Shown one piece after another: positions 38,801-53,000 of a stretch of DNA of 64,000 nt. Position 1 is the stretch's first letter. The number at the start of each line of letters is the position of its first letter. The stretch comes from Octopus vulgaris (lineage: Eukaryota). The notes under the pieces were generated by a model, which saw nothing but the letters and a program-made list of their open reading frames with translations, was not told the DNA's origin and did not search any database. Location: NCBI GenBank assembly GCA_951406725.2, contig CATOCA020000012.1:51442-115441 (forward strand), given 5' to 3'. The position numbers were made by a program, and so were the translations under genes.

Positions 38801-41800
38801 CAGATGCATGTAATTTAGGGGAAGGTAATTCAGGGGTATGTAATTCAGGGGCAGGTAATTTAGAGGAATGTCATTCATTGGCAGATAATTCCGGGACATG
38901 TAATTCAGGGGCATGTAATTCAGGGGCAGGTAATTCAGGGTTAGGTAATTCAGCGGCATGTAATTGAGGTGCATGTAATTCAGGTGTCTGTAATTCAGGT
39001 GTATGTAATTCAGGGGTAGGTAATTCAGGGGCATGTAATTCGTGGGTGGGTAATTCAGAGGAATGTCATTCATCTGCAGGTAATTTAGGGGCAGGTAATC
39101 CAGGGGCATGTAATTCAGATGAAAGGTAATTCAGGGGCATGTCATTCACGGGCAGGTAATTCAGGGGCTGGTAATTTAGGGATAGATAATTCAGAGGCAT
39201 GTCATTCAGGGGCAGGTCATTCAGGGTCATGTAATTTAGGGGCAGGTAATTCAGGGGCAGGTAATTCAGGGGCATTTAATTCATTGGCCGGTAATTGGGG
39301 GGCAGGTAATTCATAGGCAGGTAATTCATGGGCAGGTAATTGAGGGGCATGTCATTCAGGGGCATGTAATTCAGGGGCATGTAATTCAGGTGCATGTAAT
39401 TCATGGGCAGGTAATTCAGGGGTATGCAATTCAGGGGCATGTCATTCAGGGGCATGTAATTCAGGGAAGGTAATTCAGGGGCAGGTAATTCAGGGCTAGG
39501 TAATCCAGGGGCAGGTAATTCAGGGGCATGTAATTGAGGGGCATGTAATTCAGGTGTATGTTATTCAGGGGCAGGTTATTCAGGTATAGGTTATTCAGGG
39601 GCAGGTAATCCAGATCTAACTAATTAAGGGGCATGTAATTTAGGGGCAGGTAATTCACGGGCATGTAATTCAGGTGTATGTAATTTATGGGAAGGTAATT
39701 CAGGGGCATGTCATTCAGGGGCAGGTAAATCGGGCATGTAATTCATGTGCGGGTAATTGAGGGGAAGGTAATCCAGGTGCAGGTGATTTAGAGTAATGTC
39801 ATTCATTGGCAGGTAATTCAGGGGCAGGTAATACAGAGCAATGTAATTTAGGGGCAGGTAATCCAGGGGCATGTAATTCAGATGAAAGGTAATTCAGGGC
39901 ATGTCATTCACGGGCAGGTAATTCAGGGGCTGGTAATTTAGGGATAGATAATTCAGGCATGTCAATTCAGGGGCAGGTCATTCAGGGTCATGTAATTTAG
40001 GGGCAGGTAATTCAGGGGCAGGTAATTCAGGGGCATTTAATTCATGGGCAGGTAATTGGGGGGCAGGTAATTCATGGGCAGGTAATTCAGGGGCATGTCA
40101 TTCAGGGGCAGGTAATTCAGGGGCATGTAATTTAGGGGCAGGTAATTCAGGTGTATGTTATTCAGGTGCAGGTTATTCAGGGACTCAGGGGTAGATAATT
40201 CAGGGGCATGTAATTCAGGTGCATGTAATTCAGGGGTATGCAATTCAGGGGCATGTCATTCTGGGAAGGTAATTCAGGGGCAGGTAATTCAGGGCTAGGT
40301 AATCCAGGGGCAGGTAATTCAGGGGCATGTAATTGAGGGGCATGTAATTCAGGGGGTTATTCAGGTTATTCAGGGGCAGGTAATCCAGGGCTAACTAATT
40401 AAGGGGCATGTCATTCAGGGGCATGTAATTTAGGGGCAGGTAATTCACGGGCAGGTAATTCACGGGCATGTAATTCAGGTGTATGTAATTTATGGGAAGG
40501 TAATTCAGGGGTATGTAATTCAGGGGCATGTCATTGAGGGGCAGGTAAATCGGGCATGTAATTCATGTGCGGGTAATTGAGGGGAAGGTAATCCAGGTGC
40601 AGGTGATTTAGAGTAATGTCATTCATTGGCAGGTAATTCAGGGGCAGGTAATACAGAGCAATTAATTTAGGGGCAGGTAATCCAGGGGCATGGTAATTCA
40701 GATGAAAGGTAATTCATGGGCATGTCATTCACAAGCAGTTAATTCTGGGGCTGGTAATTTAGGGATAGATAATTCAGAGGCATGTCATTCAGGGGCAGGT
40801 AATTCAGGGTCATGTAATTTAGGGGCAGGTAATTCAGGGGCAGGTAATTCAGGGGCATTTAGTTCATGGGCCGGTAATTGGGGGGCAGGTAATTCATGGG
40901 CAGGTAATTCATGGGCAGGTAATTGAGGGGCATGTCATTCAGGGGCAGGTAATTCAGGGGCATGTAATTTAGGGGCAGGTAATTCAGGTGTATGTTATTC
41001 AGGTGCAGGTTATTCAGGGACTCAGGGGTAGATAATTCAGGGGCATGTAATTCAGGTGTATGTAATTCAGGGGCATGTAAATCAGTTGCATGTAATTCAG
41101 GGGCATGTAATTCAGGTGCATGTAATTCATGGGCAGGTAATTCAGGGGTATGCAATTCAGGGGCATGTCATTCAGGGGCATGTCATTCAGGGAAGGTAAT
41201 TCAGGGCTAGGTAATCCAGGGGCAGGTAATTGAGGGGCATGTAATTCAGGTGTATGTAATTCAGGTGTATGTTATTCAGGGGCAGGTTATTCAGGTATAG
41301 GTTATTCAGGGGCAGGTAATCCAGGGGTAACTAATTAAGGGGCAGGTCATTCAGGGGCATGTAATTTAGGGGCAGGTAATTCAGGGCAGGTAATTCAGGG
41401 CATGTAATTCAGGTGTATGTAATTTATGGGAAGGTAATTCAGGGGTATGTAATTCAGGGGCATGTCATTGAGGGGCAGGTAAATCGGGCATGTAATTCAT
41501 GTGCGGGTAATTGAGGGGAAGGTAATCCAGGTGCAGGTGATTTAGAGTAATGTCATTCTTTGGCAGGTAATTCAGGGGCAGGTAATACAGAGCAATGTAA
41601 TTTAGGGGAAGGTAATCCAGGGGGAGGTAATTTATAGGAATGTCATTCATGGGCAGGTAATTCAGGGTCTTGTAATTCAGGGGCATGTAATTGAGGTGCA
41701 GGTAATTGAGGGGCTTGTAATCCAGGTGTATGTAATTCAGGGGCATGTCATTCGTGGGTGGGTAATTCAGAGGAATGTAATTCGGGGGAAGGTAATCCAG

Positions 41801-44588
41801 GGGCAGGTAATTCAGGCGTAATTCAGGGAAAGGTAATTTAGAGGAATGTCATTCATGGGCAGGTAATCCAGGGGCATGTAATTCAGGTGCATGTAATTCA
41901 GGGGCATGTCATTCACGGGCAGGTAATTCAGGGGCTGGTAATTTAGGGATAGATAATTCAGAGGCATGTCATTCAGGGGCAGGTCATTCAGGTACATGTA
42001 ATTAAGAGGCAGGTAATTCAGGGCCATGTAATTCAGGTGCTTGTAATTCAGGGGCACGTAATTCAGATGCATGTAATTTAGGGGCAGGTAATTCAGGGAA
42101 GGTAATTTAGAGGCATTTAATTCATGGGCAGGTAATTTAGAGGCATTTAATTCATGGGCAGGTAATTGAGGGGCATGTATTTTAGGGCCAGGTAGTTCAC
42201 GGGCAGGTAATTGAGGGGCATGTAATTCAGGGGCAGGTAATTCAGGTGCAGGTTATTCAGGGACTCAGGGGTAGATAATTCAGGGGCATGTAATTCAGGG
42301 TCAGGTAATTCAGGTGTATGTAACTCAGGGACAGGTAATTCAGGGGCATGTAATTCATGGGCAGGTTATTCAGGTGCATGTAATTTAGGGGCAAGTAATT
42401 TAGGGACAGGTAATTTAGAGGAATATTGGCAGATAATTCAAGGACATGTAATTAAGGGGCAGGTATTTCAGGGGCATGTAATTCATGGGCAGGTAATTTA
42501 GGGGCATGTAATTCATGGGCGGGTAATTGAGGCGAAGGTAATCCAGGGGCAGGTAGTTCAGGTGCAGGTGATTTAGAGGAATGTCATTCATTGGCAGGTA
42601 ATTCAGGGGCAGGTAATTTAGAGTGTAATTCAGGGGAAGGTAATCCAGGGGTAGGTAATTCAGGGGTAATTCAGGGAAAGGTAATTTAGAGGAATGTCAT
42701 TCATGGGCAGGTGATTGAGGGGCAGGTAATTCAGTGCCAGGTAATTCACGGGCAGGTAATTCAGGGGAAGGTAATTCAGGGGTAATTCAGGGACAGGTAA
42801 TTTATAGGTATGTCATTCATGGGCAGGTGATTGAGGGGCATGTCATTCAGGGACAGGTAATTCAGGGGCCCATAATTTAGGGGCAGGTAATTCAAAGGCA
42901 TGTAATTCAGGTGTATGTAATTCAGGGGCAGGTAATTCAGATGCAGGTTATTCAGGGACATGTGACTCAGGGGCAGGTAATTCAGGGGCAGGTAATTCAG
43001 GTGTATGTAATTCAGGGGCAGGTAATTCAGGGGCATGTAATTCAGGGGCATGTAATTCATGGGCAGGTAATTCAGGGGCATGTAATTCAGGGAAGGTAAT
43101 CCAGGGGTATGTAATTAAGGGGCAGGTCATTCAGGGGCATGTCATTCAGGGGCAGGTAATTCAGGGGCAGGTAATTCATGGGCATGAAATTCAGGGGATG
43201 GTAATTCAGGGGGAGGTAATTCAGGGGCATGTTATTCAGGTGCAGGTAATTCAGGGGCATGTAATTCAGGGGCATGTAATTCAGGTGCATGTAATTCTGG
43301 GTTAGGTAATCCAGGTGCATGTAATTCTGGGTTAGGTAATCCAGGGGCATGTAATTGAGGGGTAGTTAATTCAGGGGTAGGTAATTCAGGGGCATGTAAT
43401 TCAGGGGCATGTAATTCATGGGTGGGTAATTCAGGGGAAGGTAATTCAGGGACAGGTAATTTAGAGGAATGTCATTCATGGGCAGGTAATTCAGGGGCAT
43501 GTAATTCTGGGTTAGGTAATCCAGGGGCAAGTAATCTAGGTGCATGTAATTCAGGGGCATGTCATTCACGGGCAGGTAATTCATGGGCAGGTAATTTAGG
43601 GATAGATAATTCAGGGTCAGGTCATACAGGTGCATGTAATTAAGAGGCATGTAATTGAGGGGCAGATAATTCAGGGCCATGTAATTTAGGGGCAGGTAAT
43701 TCAGGGGTATGTAATTTTGGGGCAGGTAATTCTGGTGTATGTTGTTATTCAGGGGCATGTAATTCAGGGGCAGTTAATCCAGGGGCATGACATTCACGGG
43801 CAGGTAATTCCGGGGCAGGTAATTTAGGGATAGATAATTGAGGGGCATATCATTCAGGGTCAGGTCATTCATGTGCATGTAATTAAGAGGCATGTAATTG
43901 AGGGGCAGGTAATTCAGGGGCATCTAATTCAGGTGTTTGTAATTCAGGGGCAGGTAATTCAGATGCATGTAATTTAGGGGAAGGTAATTCAGGGGTATGT
44001 AATTCAGGGGCAGGTAATTTAGAGGAATGTCATTCATTGGCAGATAATTCCGGGACATGTAATTCAGGGGCATGTAATTCAGGGAAAGGTAATTGAGGGG
44101 CAGGTAATTCAGGTGCATGTAATTCAGGGACATGTAACTCAGGGGCAGGTAATTCAAGGGCAGGTAATACAGGGGCATGTAATTAAGGGGCAGGAAATTC
44201 AGGGCCATGTAATTCAGGGCCATGTAATTAAGGAGCAGGTAATTGAGGGGCAGTTAATTCAGGGGCATGAAATTCAGGGGCATGTAATTCGGGCATGTAA
44301 TTCAGGGGCGGGTAATTCAGGGGTAATGTAATCCAGGGGCAGGTAATGCAGCGGTTGGTAATTTAGAGGAATGTCATTCAGGGACATGTAATTCAGGGAC
44401 ATGTAATTCAGGGACATGTAATTCAGGGGAAGGTAATTGACGGGCAGGTAATTCAGGTGCATATAATTCAGGGACATGTAACTCAGGTACAGGTAATTCA
44501 AAGGCAGGTTATACAGGGTCATGTAATTCAGGGCCATGTAATTTAGGGGCAGGACATTCAGGTACATGTAATTCAGGGCCACGTAATT
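29862..44588 (-). repeat. 15-bp satellite array (~14.7 kb), right arm
   Basis: CAGGGGCA(G/T)GTAATT monomers. Confidence 0.95.
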
Positions 44589-45131
44589 ACCTCCCTTAAG
44601 TAGTTATCTCCCTTAAGTAGTTATCGTAATATACGCTTTGTCGCTCTTAGACTCTTTCCGTTATTTCACTGCGACCATGGTGGAGCACCGCCTTTAGTGA
44701 AGCAAATCAAGCCCAGGAATTATTCTTTGTATGCCTATTACTTAATGTATAGGTCTCTTTTGCAGAACCGATAAGTTACGGGGACGTAATGTTCGATATA
44801 CTTATTTAGTAGTTATTTATTTATTGTAAGAATTTCAATTATCATAAATTATGGGCTAGGAAAAATACTAGAAACTTTTTTGATAGACCTATTGGGGCTC
44901 CTTGTGTGTGTGGGACTGTTTTTATTTATGTGAGTGTGGGTATTTTCATTTCAGTGTTTGTGTGTGAGAGTGTTTTTATTTCTGTGTGCGCGAGTGTGTG
45001 AGCGACTGAGTGTTTCTATTTGTTTGTGTGTACGTCACTTACAACTACAACAAACACTTTGACCATTTGTAAGATACCCACATTTGTGATCACTAAATAC
45101 TAAATCAAAATAAGTCAATTTATTGCACCTT

Positions 45132-45170
<39 letters not shown>

Positions 45171-45734
45171 ATGTATGTGTTTGTGTTTTTATGTCGTACA
45201 TAGCGTCGTATATATATATATATATATTTATATATATTTATATATATATATAAATATATACATACAGATATACGTGAATATACCAACACACGTATATGTA
45301 GTATCTAAAAGAAACTGTAAGGGATGGAATGGGAGTTCATTCCGTTTTATTAAGAAAACTTGCATCTGTATGTGTGATAGTACGTGCGTGCATTCTCGTG
45401 TGCCCTTCGAGTGCGAACATACACAGACACACACAAACACACGCACGCACACACGCACACACACGCACACACACACACACACACACACACGCACATGCAC
45501 ACACACACACACACACGCACACACACACACAGACACACACACACACATTTAAACATATATACGACGAGATTCTATCAATTTCCTTCCACTAAATCCCATC
45601 ACAAGGATTAGCTAGGCCCTGGGCTACAATAGTAACAATTGCAGAAGATGACAGGCAGTGGGAATGAACCCGAAACCATGTGGTTCGTAAGCAAACTACT
45701 TACAACAGCCATTCCTACGTCGATATTCATATAT

Positions 45735-46406
45735 ACGACGGCTTCTTTCAGTTTCCCTCTACAAACTCCACTCAGAATACATTGGTCGGCCCTAGGCTAT
45801 AGTCGAATACACTTGCCGAAGGTGCAACGCTGTTGGTTTGAACTCGGCACATTGCGGTTCGTGAGCAATCATTCTCACAGAAATGCGCGCACAAACAGAC
45901 ACAGAATGTCGCGGTTTAAAGGTCAACATGTTTAAAACATAAATACCTATGAGTTTGCGTATGTGCATGTATCTATGTGCCTGGGTGCGGACGTGTGTTT
46001 CCAGAATGTCTCAGTTTTAAGGTCAACATATTTGAAACATAAATAGGTACGAGATGGCGTCTTTGCATGTATCTATATTCGTGGGTGCGGACGTGTGAGT
46101 GTTTCTGCGTGTGTGAGCACAGTCCACCTATACCCAAGCTGGTTGCATTGTCTCATAAGAACCAGCCGTGAAAGTTCCGGACCACATTAATGAACTCATT
46201 TGCATACAAACAATTAGGTCCCGCCTTGAACTTGTCCGGTTAACAAACAGTAGTGTCTGAATGGGAATTAGCTTGCTTACCTAACAAATGTTTTCGAGTT
46301 CAGTCACACTGGGTGGCATGTTGGGCAAATGTCTTCTACTATAGTCTCGGGCCGACCAAAGCCTTGTGAGTGGATTTGGGAGACGGAAACTAAAAGAAGA
46401 CTGTCG

Positions 46407-46451
<45 letters not shown>

Positions 46452-46597
46452 GTAAGAGTGGCTACGTAGCTTGCTTTCCAAACACGGTGTTTCTGGTTCT
46501 GTCCAACTACGTGGCCCCAATATAGCCTCGGACAGACCAACGTTTCTGAGTAGATTTGGTACACCGAAACAGAAAGTAGCCCGTGGTATATAGATAG

Positions 46598-46673
<76 letters not shown>

Positions 46674-47480
46674 GTATATATTGACAGATATATGTATATA
46701 TGTATAGATATTTCAACATATATTGGATGGCCATAATGGGACATCCGACTCACTAGAGAGAGCAGTTAAACTTCAAAAAATCGTAAAATCTATGTCATGT
46801 CTGAATAATATATTCGAAAGTTACTTCCTCTTGCTCATTATAATTTATTAAAAGTAATATAATTATATGTAAGGAAAGTAACTCTGGAAGATGTTATCTA
46901 GTTATCTCCCTTCCGAGAGTTAATTTCCCCGCATATTTTTTTATTGTTAAATTATAATATTCAAGGGAAGTAACTGTTGAAGATACTTTGTAGTTATCTC
47001 CCTTAAGTATGTAGTTATCGTAATATACGCTCTGTCGCTCTTAGACTCTTTCAGTTAGTTCACTGTGACCATGGTGGATCACCGCCTTTAGTGAAGCAAA
47101 TCAACCCCAGGAATTATTCTTTGTATGCCTATTACTTAATGTATAGGTCTCTTTTGCTGAACCGATTAGTTACGGGGACGTAATGTTCGATATACTGATT
47201 TAGTAGGTATTTATTTATCGTTAGAATTTCAATTATCATAAATTATGGGCTAGGAAAAATACTAGAAACTTTTTTGATAGACCTATTGGGGCTCCTTGTG
47301 TGTGTGGGACTTTTTATTTATATGAGTGTCGGTATTTTCATTTCAGTGTTTGTGTGTGTGTGTGTTTTTATTTCTGTGTGCACGAGTGTGTGAGCGACTG
47401 AGTGTTTCTATTTGTGTGTGTGCGACACTTACAACTACAACAAACACATTGACCATTTGTAAGATACCCACATTTGAGAT
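45735..47480. other. 1746-bp segment present only in the right arm (SINE fragments, (TA)n/(GA)n, and a paralog of 27130-27880)
   Basis: Left copies join CGATATTCATATAT directly to CACTAACTA (read on the minus strand at ~5310 and ~12830). Confidence 0.88.
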
Positions 47481-48029
47481 CACTAACTACTAATACAAAT
47501 AAGTTCAATTTATTGCACCTTTAGTGGCTTCAGATGTTGCTCATATTTTTCCCATGTGTCGTCAATGTATTAATTTCACAAGTGGATGACAGAAATTCTA
47601 ATTCTGGCGTGGAGGGAGCTGATATTCTAACTGCGAGTGCAAAGCACCCAATGCCCCTCTACATTCTGAATAAATTGTATGTTTATGCTAGTTAGGGTTT
47701 TATGTGTGAATGTGTAACTGCGTTTTCATTTCTGTGTGGGTGCGTATGTTTGTGTGTGACTATTTTCATTTCTATTTGTGTGTGTGCATGTGTAGGTATG
47801 TAACTGTTTTCATTTCAGTGTTTGTGTTTGTGTGAATGTTTTTATTTCTGTGTATACGTGTGTGAGCGTCTGTTTGTATGCGACAATTACAGCTAGAACA
47901 AACACTTTAAGCATCTCTAAGATACCGACATTTGCAGATCCCTAAGTTCTAAATGAAAAGAAGTTCAATTGCACCTTTAGTGACTCCAGATTTGCGAGTG
48001 TTAAGCACCCCGTATCTACATACCTGGAT

Positions 48030-48865
48030 CGGTCTGCTTCTTCATTGACGATTTGCTGGAGCTTGGTGTCATCAGCAAATATGTTCACTTTGCAGTAATG
48101 TACGACACTGGAAAGGTCGTTTATGTAGATTATGAAGAGTAGCGGACAGACCCCTGAGGGACACCGCTGGTGACTTTTGCTTGGCTTGAGTGGACTCCAT
48201 CAACTACAACATGTGTTGTATTCGCCAGGAAATACTTGATCCAGTGTAGAACTTTTCCACGGATTCCAACATTTGCCAATTTTGAGAGTAGGATATTATG
48301 GTCTACCCTGTCGAACGCTTTACTGAAGTCAAGATATATGACATCAGAGTTCGAACCTGTTCCCAAGGCTTTGAGTACATCTTCAATGTGGTGTAAGAGC
48401 CGTGTTAGACAGTCCCTGCCACAGCGAAAGCCATGCTGATTTGCATATAGGAGTTTGTGGGTCTCCAGGAAGTCAGCCATCCTTGATCTTAACACCCTTT
48501 CAAACACTTTTATGATGTGGGAGGTGAGTGAGATTGGGCGATAGTTGAGTGCGAGGGATCTGTTTCCCTGTTTGAAAACCGGGATGACTGACTGGGATAG
48601 AAACTGTTTTGGTATATACCTGCATCTAACGAATTTCTCCAGAGGTTGGTCAGTGGGACTGCAAGTTGGTGTTTACATTCCTTCAGGAGACTAACGGGGA
48701 ATCTATCAGGGCCTACAGCAGAGTAGTATTTGACCTCATTTATTGCTGCTACGATGTCAGAGGGAGTGAAGGTTATGTCTGCAATTTTGTGTTGGGAGTC
48801 AACTTCGTTCGCTTCTCTTACGTCAATATCAGTGGGAACACTAAAGACAGCAGTATTGTTTCTGC
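48030..48865 (-). pseudogene. LINE RT fragment, copy 3 (inverted)
   Basis: Same motifs; has TTA where the left copies have TGA, plus small private deletions (NTT-HVV; GSV then frameshift). Confidence 0.92.
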
Positions 48866-49199
48866 AATATATATATATAGAGAGAAACATGTATATACAT
48901 ATAGATATTTATATATATGTATATATGTGTGTGTTTCGATGTCCCCAAAACCGTTTCACAAGCGATGTCGGTGAATTTTACACTCCATTAACCTATCCGT
49001 TCGGGAAAAGAAGACCAACAGAATAAATACTAGACTGACGTAGATAAAAGTCCTAGTGTCGATTTGCTCTAGAAAAGGCTGTGCTCCAGCATGGGCACAT
49101 TGAAATGACTAAACAAGGAAAGGACTAAAAGTGTTACGTCTGAACATTATATTGTAGAGTTAATTAGCTTCCATGACACATTTTGATAATAGTCGTTAT

Positions 49200-49896
49200 T
49201 TAATTAAATGTAAGGGAGGTAACTTTTGAAGATTTTCTTATATATCTCTAGGAGATTTACTCCCCTAGAATATTTCAATTTAATAATACATAATAGTAAT
49301 TCAATTAGATGTAAGGGAGGTAACTCTGGAAGATCTTTTAGTTATCTCCTTTCTAGAGTTACTCCCCTTGAAAATTTCATTTCAATTTAAAATTCAATAC
49401 ATAATAGTAATTTAATTAGATATAAGGGAGGTAACTTTGGAAGATTTTTTAGTTATCTTTCTTTGTAGAGAACTAAAAATCTTCCAGAGTTACCTCCTTA
49501 CATCTAATTAAATTAATATGTATTATTAAATTGAAATGTTCAAGGGAGTAACTCTGAAAGGGAGATAACTAAAAAAATCTTTCAGAGTTACCTCCTTACA
49601 TCTAATTAAATTACTATTGTGTTATTAAATTGAAGTATTCAAGGGGAGTAAATCTTCCTTCCTAGAGTTACTCCTCTTGAATACATCAATTTAATAACAA
49701 ATAATAGTAATTGAATTAAATGTAAGGGAGGTAACCCTGCAAGAGTTTTTTTTAGTTATCTCCCTTTCTAGAGTTACTTCCCTTGAACATTTCAATTTAA
49801 TAATACATATAGTAATTTAATTAGATGTAAGGGAGGTAACCCTGGAAGAGTTTTTTTAGTTATCTCCTTCTAGAGTTACTCCCTGCATATATTAAA
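49200..49896. repeat. AT-rich ~105-bp telomere-adjacent repeat, inverted copy
   Basis: Reverse complement of 10411-11100. Confidence 0.85.
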
Positions 49897-50017
49897 TTAG
49901 GTTAGGGGGGGGGGGTTAGGAGGGGGGGTGGGTGGAGGCAGGTGGTGGTTGGGCAGGGAGGGCGGCGGGCAGGCGAGGGGAGGCAGGGCCAGCAGGGGGG
50001 GCCAGGGCCGGGGGGAG
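49897..50017 (+). repeat. Short TTAGG(G) start and G-rich transition into CCAGG
   Basis: ttaggttagggggggggggttagg followed by ggcagg/ccaggg. Confidence 0.75.
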
Positions 50018-53000
50018 CCAGGCCAGGCCGCAGGCCAGGCCAGGCCAGGGCCAGGCCAGGCCAGGCCAGGCCAGGCCAGGCCAGGCCAGGCCAGGCCAGG
50101 CCAGGCCAGGGCCAGGGCCAGGGCCAGGCCAGGCCAGGCCAGGGCCAGGCCAGGGCCAGGCAGGGGCCAGGCCAGGCCAGGCCAGGCCAGGCCAGGCCAG
50201 GCCAGGCCAGGCCAGGCCAGGCCAGGCCAGGCCAGGCCAGGAGGCCAGGCCAGGGGCCAGGCCAGGCCAGGCCAGGCCAGGCCAGGCCAGGCCAGGCCAG
50301 GGCCAGGGCCAGGCCAGGGCCAGGGCCAGGCCAGGCCAGGCCAGGCCAGGGGCCAGGCCAGGCCAGGCCAGGCGGCCAGGCCAGGCCAGGCCAGGCCAGG
50401 CCAGGCCAGGCCAGGCCAGGCCAGGCCAGGCCAGGCCAGCCAGGCCAGGCCAGGCCAGGCCAGGCCAGGGCCAGGCCAGGCCAGGCCGGCCAGGCCAGGC
50501 CAGGCCAGGCAGGCCAGGCCAGCAGGCCCAGGCCAGGCCAGGCCAGGCCAGGCCAGGCCAGGCCAGGCCAGGCCAGGCCAGGCCAGGCCAGGCCAGGCCA
50601 GGCCAGGCCAGGCCAGGCCAGGCCAGGCCAGGCCAGGCCAGGCCAGGCCAGGCCAGGCCAGGCCAGGCCAGGCCAGGCCAGGCCAGGCCAGGCCAGGCCA
50701 GGCCAGGCCAGGCCAGGCCAGGCCAGGCCAGGCCAGGCCAGGCCAGGCCAGGCCAGGCCAGGCCAGGCCAGGCCAGGCCAGGCCAGGCCAGGCCAGGCCA
50801 GGCCAGGCCAGGCCAGGCCAGGCCAGGCCAGGCCAGGCCAGGCCAGGCCAGGCCAGGCCAGGCCAGGCCAGGCCAGGCCAGGCCAGGCCAGGCCAGGCCA
50901 GGCCAGGCCAGGCCAGGCCAGGCCAGGCCAGGCCAGGCCAGGCCAGGCCAGGCCAGGCCAGGCCAGGCCAGGCCAGGCCAGGCCAGGCCAGGCCAGGCCA
51001 GGCCAGGAGCCAGGCCAGGCCAGGCCAGGCCAGGCCAGGCCAGGCCAGGCCAGGCCAGGCCAGGCCAGGCCAGGCCAGGCCAGGCCAGGCCAGGCCAGGC
51101 CAGGCCAGGCCAGGCCAGGCCAGGCCAGGCCAGGCCAGGCCAGGCCAGGCCAGGCCAGGCCAGGCCAGGCCAGGCCAGGCCAGGCCAGGCCAGGCCAGGC
51201 CAGGCCAGGCCAGGCCAGGCCAGGCCAGGCCAGGCCAGGCCAGGCCAGGCCAGGCCAGGCCAGGCCAGGCCAGGCCAGGCCAGGCCAGGCCAGGCCAGGC
51301 CAGGCCAGGCCAGGCCAGGCCAGGCCAGGCCAGGCCAGGCCAGGCCAGGCCAGGCCAGGCCAGGCCAGGCCAGGCCAGGCCAGGCCAGGCCAGGCCAGGC
51401 CAGGCCAGGCCAGGGCCAGGCCAGGCCAGCCAGGCCAGGCCAGGCCAGGCCAGGCAGGCCAGGCCAGGCCAGGCCAGGCCAGGCCAGGCCAGGCCAGGCC
51501 AGGCCAGGCCAGGCCAGGCCAGGCCAGGCCAGGCCAGGCCAGGCCAGGCCAGGCCAGGCCAGGCCAGGCCAGGCCAGGCCAGGCCAGGCCAGGCCAGGCC
51601 AGGCCAGGCCAGGCCAGGCCAGGCCAGGCCAGGCCAGGCCAGGCCAGGCCAGGCCAGGCCAGGCCAGGCCAGGCCAGGCCAGGCCAGGCCAGGCCAGGCC
51701 AGGCCAGGCCAGGCCAGGCCAGGCCAGGCCAGGCCAGGCCAGGCCAGGCCAGGCCAGGCCAGGCCAGGCCAGGCCAGGCCAGGCCAGGCCAGGCCAGGCC
51801 AGGCCAGGCCAGGCCAGGCCAGGCCAGGCCAGGCCAGGCCAGGCCAGGCCAGGCCAGGCCAGGCCAGGCCAGGCCAGGCCAGGCCAGGCCAGGCCAGGCC
51901 AGGCCAGGCCAGGCCAGGCCAGGCCAGGCCAGGCCAGGCCAGGCCAGGCCAGGCCAGGCCAGGCCAGGCCAGGCCAGGCCAGGCCAGGCCAGGCCAGGCC
52001 AGGCCAGGCCAGGCCAGGCCAGGCCAGGCCAGGCCAGGCCAGGCCAGGCCAGGCCAGGCCAGGCCAGGCCAGGCCAGGCCAGGCCAGGCCAGGCCAGGCC
52101 AGGCCAGGCCAGGCCAGGCCAGGCCAGGCCAGGCCAGGCCAGGCCAGGCCAGGCCAGGCCAGGCCAGGCCAGGCCAGGCCAGGCCAGGCCAGGCCAGGCC
52201 AGGCCAGGCCAGGCCAGGCCAGGCCAGGCCAGGCCAGGCCAGGCCAGGCCAGGCCAGGCCAGGCCAGGCCAGGCCAGGCCAGGCCAGGCCAGGCCAGGCC
52301 AGGCCAGGGCCAGGCCAGGCCAGGCCAGGCCAGGCCAGGCCAGGCCAGGCCAGGCCAGGCCAGGCCAGGCCAGGCCAGGCCAGGCCAGGCCAGGCCAGGC
52401 CAGGCCAGGCCAGGCCAGGCCAGGCCAGGCCAGGCCAGGCCAGGCCAGGCCAGGCCAGGCCAGGCCAGGCCAGGCCAGGCCAGGCCAGGCCAGGCCAGGC
52501 CAGGCCAGGCCAGGCCAGGCCAGGCCAGGCCAGGCCAGGCCAGGCCAGGCCAGGCCAGGCCAGGCCAGGCCAGGCCAGGCCAGGCCAGGCCAGGCCAGGC
52601 CAGGCCAGGCCAGGCCAGGCCAGGCCAGGCCAGGCCAGGCCAGGCCAGGCCAGGCCAGGCCAGGCCAGGCCAGGCCAGGCCAGGCCAGGCCAGGCCAGGC
52701 CAGGCCAGGCCAGGCCAGGCCAGGCCAGGCCAGGCCAGGCCAGGCCAGGCCAGGCCAGGCCAGGCCAGGCCAGGCCAGGCCAGGCCAGGCCAGGCCAGGC
52801 CAGGCCAGGCCAGGCCAGGCCAGGCCAGGCCAGGCCAGGCCAGGCCAGGCCAGGCCAGGCCAGGCCAGGCCAGGCCAGGCCAGGCCAGGCCAGGCCAGGC
52901 CAGGCCAGGCCAGGCCAGGCCAGGCCAGGCCAGGCCAGGCCAGGCCAGGCCAGGCCAGGCCAGGCCAGGCCAGGCCAGGCCAGGCCAGGCCAGGCCAGGC

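Larger units (their letters stand above)
27510..49920 (-). repeat. Right arm of giant inverted repeat
   Basis: Reverse complement of the left arm, with indels. Confidence 0.92.

Noticed and set aside
6454-44582. Many (YMPLN)n pentapeptide-repeat ORFs
   Set aside because: 15-bp satellite with frequent frameshifts and stops; no unique N- or C-terminal domains
10001-49920. Palindrome as a simple nanopore fold-back chimera
   Set aside because: The 724-bp spacer and structured indels and SNPs between arms argue against it; a haplotype or paralog misjoin is still possible
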